From the NCBI GenBank assembly GCA_964016885.1, contig OZ024760.1, positions 2,294,001-2,358,000 on the forward strand: a stretch of DNA of 64,000 nucleotides. Direction: 5' to 3'. A program made the translations under genes and the position numbers. Under the pieces are notes generated by a model, which did no database searches, was not told where the DNA came from, and saw only the letters and a list, made by a program, of their open reading frames with translations. This DNA comes from Eledone cirrhosa (lineage: Eukaryota). Position 1 is the first letter of the stretch. Each line of letters opens with the position of its first letter. Shown here piece by piece: positions 50,346 to 64,000 of this stretch.

Positions 50346-50693
50346 TTATTCTGCTTCCAACACCTCTGCTCAAACACCCGTCACCCGACAACCAATGAAA
50401 ACCCCACGAAAAAAAAGAAAAGAGGAAAAAAAAAGATCACCCCCACCCCACCCCCAAAAAAACCTCAAAAAACATTGTAAATATCTCTTTCTAGCTTTGA
50501 GCTGGTTGAATCAGGAGAAATGCAAATGTATGTGTTAAAACTTCCTCACAGAATCTCTCTTGTTTTGACAGAACTGAAGTTAATTATAGAGAAAAAAACT
50601 GAGGAAAAAACACGACAGAAAAATCACAAGAAAATACTCGAATTCAGTGACAATACAAAAAATCCACAAAACATACTGCTAGCTTAATTCAAC

Positions 50694-51396
50694 AGAGAGT
50701 TGTCCCCTCCAGGGGTAAGAAGAGGCTAACAGTTGACATTCTACCACCAGCAGTAATGAAGTCGAAGCAGGCATTGTTGGAATAAAATCTATAAGGATGA
50801 CAGTTGCAAGAGAATTGTCCCCCCCTCCAGGGGTAAGGAGAGGTTAACAGTTCACATTCTACCACCAGCAGTAATGAAGTCGAAGCAGGCATTGTTGGAA
50901 TAAAATCTATATAAGGATGACAGCTGCAAGAGAGTTGTCCCCTCCAGGGGTAAGAAGAGGCTAACAGTTGACATTCTACCACCAGCAATAATGAAGTCGA
51001 AGCAGGCATTGTTGGAATAAAATCTATATAAGGATGACAGCTGCAAGAGAGTTGTCCCCTCCAGGGGTAAGAAGAGGCTAACAGTTGACATTCTACCACC
51101 AGCAATAATGAAGTCGAAGCAGGCATTGTTGGAATAAAATCTATATAAGGATGACAGCTGCAAGAGAGTTGTCCCCTCCAGGGGTAAGAAGAGGCTAACA
51201 GTTGACATTCTACCACCAGCAATAATGAAGTCGAAGCAGGCATTGTTGGAATAAAATCTATATAAGGATGTAAGCTGCAAGAGAGTTGTCCCCTCCAGGG
51301 GTAAGAAGAGGCTAACAGTTGACATTCTACCACCAGCAATAATGAAGTCGAAGCAGGCATTGTTGGAATAAAATCTATATAAGGATGTAAGCTGCA
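50694..51396. repeat. 6 x 117-bp tandem array spanning the 5' junction of an RTE fragment
   Basis: 39-aa periodicity in ORF 50689-51414; each unit ends in aaggatgacagctgca or a close variant. Confidence 0.93.
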
Positions 51397-51640
51397 TAAA
51401 AAGGTGCAGAGCACTAGAAGTCGATGGAAGCCGCGGAGTGGGGAGACCCTGGAAGACTTGGGATGAGGTGATAAAAGCCGGCCTTACCCAATTGCACCTC
51501 CCAAGAGCAATGACACACGACTGTGACCTCTGGCGTCACACAGTAATACAGAAGACGCGACCCCCCCCCCCCCCCCCACAGGAACAAGCCGAAGCTGAAT
51601 CATATAGACAATAATCTAATCATACACCCCCCCCCCGCAC
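51381..51640 (+). mobile_element. RTE ORF 3' end fragment
   Basis: gctgcataaaaaggtgcagagcactagaag...gacttgggatgaggtgataaaagccg matches 18970-19210. Confidence 0.88.
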
Positions 51641-51814
51641 TATCCTTCCATCCATAAAATGCTAAGCCTTGCCTTATCAAGGAAAATGGCCTTAAAACAC
51701 ATGTTGTTGTTGTTGTTGTATATAAAATAGCTTGACTGAAACAGTGTGTGAATGTAAATGTGTGTGTGTTGTGTACACCCATATATATATATATATATAT
51801 ATATATACCCACAC

Positions 51815-54800
51815 ATACATAGACTCACATATAAACACATATATACTCACAGATAGGTACACATAAACACACACATACTCACAGATAGGTAGACATAGAC
51901 ACACACATACTCACAGATAGGTAGACATAGACACACACATACTCACAGATAGGTAGACATAGACACACACATACTCACAGATAGGTACACATAGACACAT
52001 ACATACTCACAGATAGGTACACATAGACACACATACATACTCACAGATAGGTACACATAGACACATACATACTCACAGATAGGCACACATAGACACATAC
52101 ATACTCACAGATAGGTACACATAGACACATACATACTCACAGATAGGTACACATAAACACACACATACTCACAGATAGGTACACATAGACACACACATAC
52201 TCACAGATAGGTAGACATAGACACACACATACTCACAGATAGGTACACATAGACACACACATACTCACAGATAGGTACACATAGACACACATACATACTC
52301 ACAGATAGGTACACATAGACACACACATACTCACAGATAGGTACACATAGACACATACATACTCACACATAGACACATACATACTCACAGATAGGTAGAC
52401 ATAGACACATACATACTCACAGATAGGTAGACATATACACACATACATACTCACAGATAGGTACACATAGACACACACATACTCACAGATAGGTAGACAT
52501 ATACACACATACATACTCACAGATAGGTACACATAGACACATATATACTCACAGATAGGTACACATAGACACATACATACTCACAGATAGGTACACATAT
52601 ACACACATACATACTCACAGATAGGTACACATAGACACACATACATACTCACAGATAGGTACACATAGACACATACATACTCACAGATAGGTAGACATAT
52701 ACACACATACATACTCACAGATAGGTACACATAGACACACACATACTCACAGATAGGTAGACATACACACATACATACTCACAGATAGGTACACATAGAC
52801 ACACATACATACTCACAGATAGGTACACATAGACACACACATACTCACAGATAGGTAGACATATACACACATACATACTCACAGATAGGTACACATAGAC
52901 ACATACATACTCACAGATAGGTACACATAGACACATACATACTCACAGATAGGTACACATATACACACATACATACTCACAGATAGGTACACATAGACAC
53001 ACATACATACTCACAGATAGGTACACATAGACACACACATACTCACAGATAGGCACACATAGACACACACATACTCACAGATAGGTACACATAGACACTC
53101 ATACTCACAGATAGGTACACATAGACACATACATACTCACAGATAGGTACACATAGACACATACATACTCACAGATAGGTAGACATATACACACATACAT
53201 ACTCACAGATAGGTACACATAGACACACACATACTCACAGATAGGTAGACATATACACACATACATACTCACAGATAGGTACACATAGACACATACATAC
53301 TCACAGATAGGTACACATAGACACATACATACTCACAGATAGGTACACATATACACACATACATACTCACAGATAGGTACACATAGACACACATACATAC
53401 TCACAGATAGGTACACATAGACACATACATACTCACAGATAGGCACACATAGACACACACATACTCACAGATAGGTACACATAGACACATACATACTCAC
53501 ACATAGACACATACATACTCACAGATAGGTAGACATAGACACATACATACTCACAGATAGGTAGACATATACACACATACATACTCACAGATAGGTACAC
53601 ATAGACACACACATACTCACAGATAGGTAGACATATACACACATACATACTCACAGATAGGTACACATAGACACATATATACTCACAGATAGGTACACAT
53701 AGACACATACATACTCACAGATAGGTACACATATACACACATACATACTCACAGATAGGTACACATAGACACACATACATACTCACAGATAGGTACACAT
53801 AGACACATACATACTCACAGATAGGTAGACATATACACACATACATACTCACAGATAGGTACACATAGACACACACATACTCACAGATAGGTAGACATAC
53901 ACACATACATACTCACAGATAGGTACACATAGACACACATACATACTCACAGATAGGTACACATAGACACACACATACTCACAGATAGGTAGACATATAC
54001 ACACATACATACTCACAGATAGGTACACATAGACACATACATACTCACAGATAGGTACACATAGACACATACATACTCACAGATAGGTACACATATACAC
54101 ACATACATACTCACAGATAGGTACACATAGACACACATACATACTCACAGATAGGTACACATAGACACACACATACTCACAGATAGGCACACATAGACAC
54201 ACACATACTCACAGATAGGTACACATAGACACTCATACTCACAGATAGGTACACATAGACACATACATACTCACATACATACTCACAGATAGGTACACAT
54301 AGACACATACATACTCACAGATAGGTACACATAGACACATACATACTCACAGATAGGTACACATAGACACACACATACTCACAGATAGGTACACATACAT
54401 ACTCACAGATAGGCACACATAGACACATACATACTCACAGATAGGTACACATAGACACATACATACTCACAGATAGGTACACATATACACACATACATAC
54501 TCACAGATAGCTACACATAGACACATACATACTCACAGATAGGTACACATAGACACATACATACTCACAGATAGGTACACATAGACACACACACATACTC
54601 ACAGATAGGTACACATAAACACACACATACTCACAGATAGGTACACATAGACACATACATACTCACAGATAGGCACACATAGACACATACATACTCACAG
54701 ATAGGTACACATAGACACATACATACTCACAGATAGGTACACATAGACACACACATACTCACAGATAGGTACACATATACACATACATACTCACAGACAC

Positions 54801-55998
54801 ATACATACTCACACATAGATACACACACATACTCACAGATAGGTACACATAGACACATACATACTCACAGATAGGTACACATAGACACATACATACTCAC
54901 AGATAGGTACACATAGACACACACATACTCACAGATAGGTACACATAGACACATACATACTCACAGATAGGTACACATAGACACATACATACTCACAGAT
55001 ATGTAGACATATACACACATACTCACAGATAGGTACACATAGACACATACATACTCACAGATAGGCACACATAGACACACTCATACTCACAGATAGGTAC
55101 ACATAGGCACATACATACTCCTCACACATAGACGCATACATACTCACAGATAGGAACACATAGACACATACATACTCACAGATAGGCACACATAGACACA
55201 CTCATACTCACAGATAGGTACACATAGACACATACATACTCCTCACACATAGACGCATACATACTCACAGATAGGTACACATAAACACACACATACTCAC
55301 AGATAGGTACACATAGACACATACATACTCACAGATAGGCACACATAGACATATACATACTCACAGATAGGCACCCATAGACACATACATACTCACACAT
55401 AGACACATACATAGTCCTCACACATAGACACATACATACTCACACATAGACACACACACATACTCACAGATAGGTACACATAGACATATACATACTCACA
55501 GATAGGTACACATAGACACACACATACTCACAGATAGGTACACATAGACACATACATACTCACAGATAGGTACACATAGACACACACATACTCACAGATA
55601 GGTACACATAGACACATACATACTCACAGATAGGTACACATAGACACACACATACTCACAGATAGGTACACATAGACACATACATACTCACAGATAGGCA
55701 CACATAGACACACATACTCACAGATAGGTACACATAGACACATACATACTCACAGATAGGTACACATAGACACATACATACTCACAGATAGGTACACATA
55801 GACACATACATACTCACACATAGACACATACATACTCACACATAGACACATACATAGTCCTCACACATAGACACATACATACTCCTCACACATAGACACA
55901 TACATACTCACACATAGACACATACATAGTCCTCACACAGACACATACATACTCCTCACACATAGACACATACATAGTCCTCACACAGACACATACAT
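51815..55998. repeat. About 4.2-kb minisatellite of 32/34-bp units with a 1134-bp higher-order duplication
   Basis: Unit atactcacagataggtacacatagacacatac; ORF pairs are offset by 1134 (52299/53433, 52581/53715, 52715/53849). Confidence 0.95.
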
Positions 55999-56085
55999 AC
56001 AGAGAAAACCTTGTTGCCATCAAACCTGGGTGATTTTAATAGAAAAAATTCACAGATGTAAAGAAGGAAAAAAGTAAATGAAAGG

Positions 56086-56151
<66 letters not shown>

Positions 56152-56232
56152 CTGCCAGCGTAAACCTCTTCAAATGAAGTCGGTGTTATTACGGTATGTT
56201 GAATCTATTTATCTATAAAACTGTTTATATTG

Positions 56233-56297
56233 TATTTGTCTGATGAAGGCATAGCATATTGTTAATATGATATCCCCGAAATATATATAATGAAATA
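56233..56297 (+). ncRNA. Hammerhead fold, family A, diverged stem II
   Basis: tatttgt-CTGATGA-aggcatagcatatt[gtt]aatatgatatcccc-GAAA-tatat-ATA-atgaaata; (TA)n at about 56340. Confidence 0.6.
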
Positions 56298-56335
56298 AAT
56301 ATGGTTTTATAAATATAGTTTTCCATTTATTTAAT

Positions 56336-56386
<51 letters not shown>

Positions 56387-56961
56387 CCTTTTTCAAGGCC
56401 TGCTGTCAATTCCTGGTGACAGAACCATCAAACTTCTATCTCTGACAAGCCACCACTCTATTCAATGAAGCAAGTTGACTGGTTTTTCTATTGTCTTCAA
56501 TCTTTATTGAGATCTTGCCATGCTTTCTTCACATTCTCTCTCTCTCTCACACTCTCCCTTTCTTTATCTCTTTCTCCTCCTCTCTGTCTTTCTTTCTCTA
56601 ACCCCATCTCTCTCTCACTCTCCCTCTCTCTCTCACTCTCTCTCTCTAATTAAATTCAGCCCCCTGTCAAAACAGATTCTGTGTCAAGGTGTTAACCTTT
56701 CAATTACTATATTTCTAATGAAAAACACTACCTGTGATTTTCAAAATATAAAATAGAATAAATAAATAAATGCATATAAATAAAGATATGAATAAAATAA
56801 AATAGAATAATCAGGAAATTTGAGGGATTTAGTAATATAAGTGTCTATTTTCATTAGAAATGTCATCATAAAAGGGTTAATGCCACATAAAACTGAGATG
56901 AGCCTCTAGGCATGAGAAAATTATAAACTTTCTTCAACCTGTAATTCCACTGAAAATTAAA

Positions 56962-58175
56962 TTTGGCCAAAATGACTCTTCCGCAATGTAATTACTTTAG
57001 CTTTAGCACACAGTCTCAGATCAACTCACTTGCTAGATATGTACAACTGTGGCTAAAATGACTCTTCCACGGTGTAATTACTTTAGTTTCAACATACCAC
57101 AATCTCAGATCAAGTCATGTGCCAGACCTGTACAACTGTGGCCAAAATGACTCTTCCACGGTGTAATTACTTGAGTTTCAACATACACAATCTCAGATCA
57201 AGTCATGTGCCAGACCTGTACAACTGTGGTTAAAATGACTCTTCCATGGTGTAATTACTTGAGTTTCAATATACACAATCTCAGATCAAGTCATGTGCCA
57301 GACTTGTACAACTGTGGTTAAAATGACTCTTCCATGGTGTAATTGCTTGAATTTCAACATACACAATCTCAGATCAAGTCATGTGCCAGACCTGTACAAC
57401 TGTGGTTAAAATGACTCTTCCATGGTGTAATTGCTTGAATTTCAACATACACAATCTCAGATCAAGTCATGTGCCAGACCTGTACGACTGTGGTTAAAAT
57501 GACTCTTCCATGGTGTAATTACTTGAGTTTCAACAAACACAATCTCAGATCAAGTCATGTGCCAGACCTGTACAACTGTGGTTAAAATGACTCTTCCATG
57601 GTGTAATTGCTTGAATTTCAACATACACAATCTCAGATCAAGTCATGTGCCAGACCTGTACAACTGTGGTTAAAATGACTCTTCCACGGTGTAATTACTT
57701 GAGTTTCAACATACACAATCTCAGATCAAGTCATGTGGCAGACCTGTACAACTGTGGATAAAATGACTCTTCCACGGTGTAATTACTTGAGTTTCAACAT
57801 ACACAATCTCAGATCAAGTCATGTGCCAGACCTGTACAACTGTGGTTAAAATGACTCTTCCATGGTGTAATTGCTTGAATTTCAACATACACAATCTCAG
57901 ATCAAGTCATGTGGCAGACCTGTACAACTGTGGTTAAAATGACTCTTCCACGGTGTAATTACTTGAGTTTCAACATACACAATCTCAGATCAAGTCATGT
58001 GGCAGACCTGTACAACTGTGGTTAAAATGACTCTTCCACGGTGTAATTACTTGAGTTTCAACATACACAATCTCAGATCAACTCACTTGCTATATATGTA
58101 CAACTGTGGTTAAAATGACTCTTCCATGATGTAACTGTTTTAGTTTGAACACACCACAGTCTCAGATCAAGTCAC
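56962..58175. repeat. About 14 x 88-bp satellite, left sub-array
   Basis: Unit aactgtggttaaaatgactcttccatggtgtaattacttgagtttcaacatacacaatctcagatcaagtcatgtgccagacctgtac (57222 to 57310). Confidence 0.95.
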
Positions 58176-58545
58176 TTTTTTTAAAACATTGTTTAACATT
58201 CCTCTGGGTATAGGATATAAGGTGGCAATGGCAAATGAATGCTACAAGAATTAGTCAGTCGAACTCCCACTGTCATCGCCTCCATCTCTCTAGCCCTCCC
58301 CATCTCTCTGTATGGCCTCCCCACAGCTCCGGCGGACAGTATGGAGAAGTCGTTTCCCCGGAAGATGATAAGGGAGATGCGCTGGAAGAGCCATTCCAAC
58401 TCGTGAGGCTCACACCTGCAGCTGGCCAGCTCAGCGCCTATGATGGTAAGTAGGGAGGTAGCCCTAGGGCTGAGGACACCAGAAGTCTTCACTGCCAAGG
58501 GTACGACCACAAACCTGTTGGAGAGCGACCGGTATTTGGAGAGTT
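58176..58545 (-). mobile_element. 3' fragment of a CRE-clade non-LTR retrotransposon (restriction-like endonuclease C-terminus) with short A tail
   Basis: KYRSLSNRFVVVPLAVKTSGVLSPRATSLLTIIGAELA...EPHELEWLFQRISLIIFRGNDFSIL resembles the CRE motif PLAVET.G...QR.S..IQRGNA; GC-rich island within the satellite. Confidence 0.72.
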
Positions 58546-60535
58546 AGTTGTAAGACATGTATAAATGTGGCTAAAATCACTCTTCTATGATGTAATTGCT
58601 TTAGTTTCAACACAGTCTAGACGTAGTTAGTTGCCAGACATGTACAACTGTAGCTAAAATCACTCTTCTGTGATGTAATTGTCTTAGTTTCAACACAGTC
58701 TAGACGTAGTTACTTGCCAAACATGTACAACTGTAGCTAAAATCACTCTTCTGTGATGTAATTGTCTTAGTTTCAACACAGTCTAGACATAGTTACTTAC
58801 CACACATGTACAACTGTAGCTAAAATCAATCTTCTATGATGTAATTGTCTTAGTTTCAACACAGTCTAGACGTAGTTAGTTGCCAGACATGTACAACTGT
58901 AGCTAAAATGACTCTTCTGTGATGTAATTGCTTTAGTTTCAACATAGTCTAGACGTAGTTACTTGCCAGACATGTACAACTGTAGCTAAAATCAATCTTC
59001 TGTGATGTAATTGTCTTAGTTTCAACATAGTCTAGACGTAGTTACTTGCCAGACATGTACAACTGTAGCTAAAATCACTCTTCTGTGATGTAATTGTCTT
59101 AGTTTCAACACAGTCTAGACGTAGTTACTTGCCAGACATGTACAACTGTAGCTAAAATCACTCTTCTGTGATGTAATTGTCTTAGTTTCAACACAGTCTA
59201 GACATAGTTACTTGCCACACATGTAAAACTGTAGCTAAAATCAATCTTCTGTGATGTAATTGTCTTAGTTTCAACACAGTCTAGACGTAGTTACTTGCCA
59301 GACATGTACAACTGTAGCTAAAATCACTCTTCTGTGATGTAATTGTTTTAGTTTCAACACAGTCTAAACGTAGTTACTTGCCAGACATGTACAACTGTAG
59401 CTAAAATCACTCTTCTGTGATGTAATTGCTTTAGTTTCAACATAGTCTAGACGTAGTTACTTACCAGACATGTACAACTGTAGCTAAAATCACTCTTCGG
59501 TGATGTAATTGTCTTAGTTTCAACACAGTCTAGACGTAGTTACTTGCCAGACATGTACAACTGTAGCTAAAATCATTCTTCTGTGATGTAATTGTCTTAG
59601 TTTCAACACAGTCTAGACTAGTTACTTGCCAGACATGTACAACTGTAGCTAAAATCACTCTTCTGTGATGTAATTGTCTTAGTTTCAACACAGTCTAGAC
59701 GTAGTTACTTGCCAGACATGTACAACTGTAGCTAAAATCACTCTTCTATGATGCAATTGTCTTAGTTTCAACATAGTCTAGACGTAGTTAGTTGCCAGAC
59801 ATGTACAACTGTAGCTAAAATCACTCTTCGGTGATGTAATTGTCTTAGTTTCAACATAGTCTAGACGTAGTTACTTGCCAGACATGTACAACTGTAGCTA
59901 AAATCACTCTTCTGTGATGTAATTGCTTTAGTTTCAATACAGTCTAGACGTAGTTAGTAGCCAGACATGTACAACTGTAGCTAAAATCACTCTTCTGTGA
60001 TGTAATTGCTTTAGTTTCAACATAGTCTAGACGTAGTTACTTGCCAGACATGTACAACTGTATCTAAAATCAATCTTCTATGATGTAATTGCTTTAGTTT
60101 CAATACAGTCTAGACGTAGTTAGTAGCCAGACATGTACAACTGTAGCTAAAATCACTCTTCTGTGATGTAATTGCTTTAGTTTCAACACAGTCTAGACGT
60201 AGTTACTTGCCAGACATGTACAACTGTAGCTAAAATCACTCTTCTGTGATGTAATTGTCTTAGTTTCAACACAGTCTAGACGTAGTTACTTGCCAGACAT
60301 GTACAACTGTAGCTAAAATCAATCTTCTGTGATGTAATTGTCTTAGTTTCAACACAGTCTAGACGTAGTTAGTTGCCAGACATGTACAACTGTAGCTAAA
60401 ATCACTCTTCTGTGATGTAATTGTCTTAGTTTCAACACAGTCTAGACGTAGTTACTTGCCAGACATGTACAACTGTAGCTAAAATCACTCTTCTGTGATG
60501 TAATTGTCTTAGTTTCAACACAGTCTCAGATCAAC
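58546..60535. repeat. About 24 x 83-bp satellite, right sub-array, related to the 88-bp unit
   Basis: Unit aactgtagctaaaatcactcttctgtgatgtaattgtcttagtttcaacacagtctagacgtagttacttgccagacatgtac (59061 to 59144). Confidence 0.95.
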
Positions 60536-60964
60536 CCTGTCTTATATTTACAAACCACTCTTCTAACTAACCATGTCTTCAATGATCTTCTTACTAACCA
60601 TTAACCCTTTAGCATTTCCGTCCAGAATTCTTTCACCTCTTTCTGTTCAAACTGGCCCTAACCTTCATACTGATATTAAGGTATTGTTCTCAAAATAAGT
60701 AATATCAACATCTCATAGATTCGATATTATGTGGTGATAACTATGTGAGGTAAAGACTTTACCATGAAAATATAATAGTAGATATAGAGTAATGTGAATG
60801 GTAAAGAGTTAATCTTAATATCTCGGTTAAGTTAGTTCATTTCATCTATTTCAATATCTTTAACCCCCCTCTTCTCTCACCAAGTCTTATCTGTTGTATC
60901 TACAACAAGATGGAGGAGAGGATATTACTTTACATTCTGATTATCAACGTAACAATCATATATG

Positions 60965-61172
60965 CACAGCATCAGCATCATCATCATCACCACCATCATC
61001 ATCATCACCATTATCAACAACATTATACACACCATCACTACCAACATCAACATTATCACCATTGCCACCACCACCACCACCACCACCATGATCATCATCA
61101 CCACCATCACCTACAACATCATCACAAATTAACATAACCATCACCATCACCAACACCATCAACATTATCACC

Positions 61173-61206
<34 letters not shown>

Positions 61207-61810
61207 TCATCACAAACAAGATAACAATCAACATCACTATCATTACCATCACTAACAACATCAACATTATCATCACAAACAACATAACCATCATCATCAA
61301 CATTATCACCACCATCATCATCACCACAAGTAACATAGCAATCACCATCGTCATCACTACCAACAACAATAGTATCATCACCATTATAATCACTACCAAC
61401 ATGAACATTATCACTACCATCATCATCATCATCATCACAAACAATACAATCACCATCACTACCACCATCACCACCACCACCATCACCATTACTACCATCA
61501 CCATCACCATCATCACCATCACTACCACCGCCATCACCACCATCACCATCACAACCACCACCACCATCACCATCATCACACATCACCATCACTACCACCA
61601 CCATCACTACCACCATCACCACCATCACCACAACCACCATCACCATCACTACCACCACCATATCCATCATCACCACCACCACCACCACCATCACCATCGC
61701 CACAACCACCATCACCACCATCACCACCAACGTCACCACCATCACCACCACCAACATCACCACCATCAACATCACCACCCTCAACATCACCACCATCACC
61801 ACGACCACCA
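60965..61810. repeat. (CAC/CAT)n trinucleotide low-complexity tract
   Basis: Directly visible; a (GAT/GGT)n tract also lies at 62143-62265. Confidence 0.92.
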
Positions 61811-62269
61811 TATTTTTAGTACAACCTGATAAACAACAAAGTGAAGTGATTGCATTCAAAAACTTCTGTTTTATTTGTTTTAGACCAAACATTTGTACAG
61901 TCTTAAGACAAATATATATATTAATAAAAGATCGAAGGCCATACTCAATTAATTCAGGTTTATTTAAAACTCTGTTATACATATGTCACTGAGGACTATC
62001 AGTTAAGATAGCCTGAGCGCTTCAGAGAGTAAAACCTTAAATAAACATTGAAAGTTCCTAAGAAACCTTTAAATTTGGAAATATCCAGTAATTTCCTCGA
62101 AAAAGATTTTCTTTTCATGATACAGGGGCGCTGGCCAAATGTGTGATGGTGATGGTGATGGTGGTGGAGATGATGGTGGTGATGTTGATGGTGGTAGTGA
62201 TGGTGATGGCGGTGGGGATGATGGTGGTAGTGATGTTGATGGTGGTAGTGATGGTGATTGTGGTGATAT

Positions 62270-62745
62270 ATATATTGTTATATTTGGGGAGGGTCATGTT
62301 GTTATAATATTGCCAGAAATCTATAATAAAACACACTCACTGTTTGGTTTGGGTTGGTTTTTGCTTCCGTATATTTTAATGAAGGCACATGGCTGAGTGG
62401 TTAGAGAATGGGATTCACAATCGTGAGGTTGTGAGTTCGATTCCTTGACCGGGTGATGTGTTATGTCCTTCAGCAAGGCACTTTATTTCCCATTGCTCTT
62501 TCTACCTGGAGTTGCAACCAATAGATAGTATTAGCAATTGGAAAGACCAATGGAAACAGTTTGCTCAGTCCGATTTGACGAAAGTCGATCAACTGTCGAT
62601 ATTTCATGTCCCTATATTTAATTTAGCTGGTAATCAATGTTTATCATATATTTCTGGCAATATTATAACAATATGACCCTCCCCAAATATAACAATATTT
62701 GTTTCAACACATGATTTCATATGAAAAACCTTGCAAAACAAATAA
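62270..62745. mobile_element. Inverted pair of Penelope-associated 3' fragments (62270-62368 minus, 62650-62745 plus) around a SINE head (62381-62520)
   Basis: ttctggcaatatta..aatatgacc.tccccaa.tataacaatatttgtttc matches 25651-25740 downstream of the GIY-YIG ORF. Confidence 0.7.
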
Positions 62746-63366
62746 ACAGAAAAGGTTAACATATATATTTATCTAAAATCTGTCCATTATAATTTTATAT
62801 AAGGACCACTGTTAAGTTATGTTCCAAACACCAGCTTAATAATGAGAAAGTTAGTTATATTACTAAATTAATTGAAAATTATCTGGCATTAAATATATAA
62901 CAATGAAATAGTTAAATTGTTTATATTTATCTAAATACATTCCATCATAGCATTTAAACCAGCCATATCTGCCCAGAATTCTCTCACCTCTTTCTGTTCA
63001 AACAGTCTGTAACCAGCCACTCATACTGATGTCAAGGTATTGTTCTCAAAATAAATAATATCAAAATCTCATAGATTCGATACTATATGAGATAATTATG
63101 TGAGGTAAACCCTTTACTGTGAAAATATAATAGTAAATATAAAGTAATCTAAATGATAATGGGTTAAGTTATATTCCAAACTCCAAAGAAATTTAGTTAC
63201 ATTTCTAAATTCTTCCAAATTCTTAATTATTTTCATTAGAAATATGATAAAAGTCATTTTAACATAATTTTATGAAAGAACCTTTGTTAAGTTATGTTCC
63301 AAACAGCAGCTTAATAATGATCAAGTTCAGTATATTACTAAAAATTACCACATTCTCGATTATTTC

Positions 63367-64000
63367 CAAGAAATGAAGCTTGCATGCGCCGATGGATGTG
63401 TAATAGTAATGTGCAAGAACGGCGAAGCATAAATGAATTGAGAGACTAAGCATAAGAGGTACCAAATGTTGTATTCTGGAGGGAGATTGCATTGATATGG
63501 GCATGTGATGCATATGAAGGACAACAGCTGTATAAAAAAAGTACAGACCAATGAAAATTGATGGAAGCTACGGCTTGGGTAGACCCCAAAAAACCCGGGA
63601 CGAGGTGATAAAAACTGACTTTGCTCACTTACACCTCTCTCAGACAATGTCACTGGATCGAGATCTTTGGCACCATACAGTTGTTCAGAAGACCCGCCTT
63701 TCCTTGCATACAAACTTACAGTCAGTAGGCACCTCTTAACCCAATATACACCCCACCCCACACACCCTACCCCGTCCACTGTGTCGGTGTCACAACAAAA
63801 AACACCCAGTCCACACTGTAAAGTGGTCGTGTAGGAGACACAGTAAAAAGGCTCCCAGTCCCCACTGTAAATGTGGTTGGTGTTAGGAAGGGCATCCAGC
63901 CATAGAAAACCTGCCAGAGACACTTTCGTACGAGCGAGACACGGTCCTCCCAACCAATCCCGCATCAAATGGAACAAAACCGTCTAACCCATGCTAGCGT
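63367..64000 (+). mobile_element. Decayed RTE 3' fragment running off the window end
   Basis: Homologous to 18815-19437 (agaaatgaagcttgcatgc...ttaggaagggcatccagcc...gtctaacccatgctagcgt). Confidence 0.88.

Noticed and set aside
56962-60535. 83/88-bp arrays as a CRISPR array or tandem C/D snoRNA cluster
   Set aside because: There are no unique spacers or cas genes; the box-like words (gtgatgt, ctaa) deviate from RUGAUGA and CUGA and are not conserved in the left array.

Overview
Repeat-saturated, AT-rich animal DNA. The SINE and LINE families and the microsatellite load suggest an octopus or related cephalopod, which is an inference. I found no supportable host protein-coding exon; most ORFs in the track are microsatellite or antisense artefacts. 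Real coding remnants are all retrotransposon-derived. They are a full-length but frameshifted L1/Tx1-type LINE (1441-7432, minus), a young 5'-truncated RTE LINE with an unbroken EN-RT frame and an internal PHD-type finger (16455-19476, plus), a Penelope GIY-YIG fragment (24741-25172), a CRE-type endonuclease fragment (58176-58545) and further RTE/Tx1 fragments. The window also has two tRNA-SINE families, piggyBac/hAT/Mutator-like MITEs and many tandem arrays, several amplified out of LINE sequence. The main hidden signal is about 9 canonical or near-canonical type I hammerhead ribozyme folds from at least four sequence families, plus a CAGAAGA-core variant. Most sit in short segments ending in (TA)n or (CA)n, often as inverted pairs. 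Two sister Tx1-like families appear to insert into different microsatellites, (ATT)n versus (ATCT)n.
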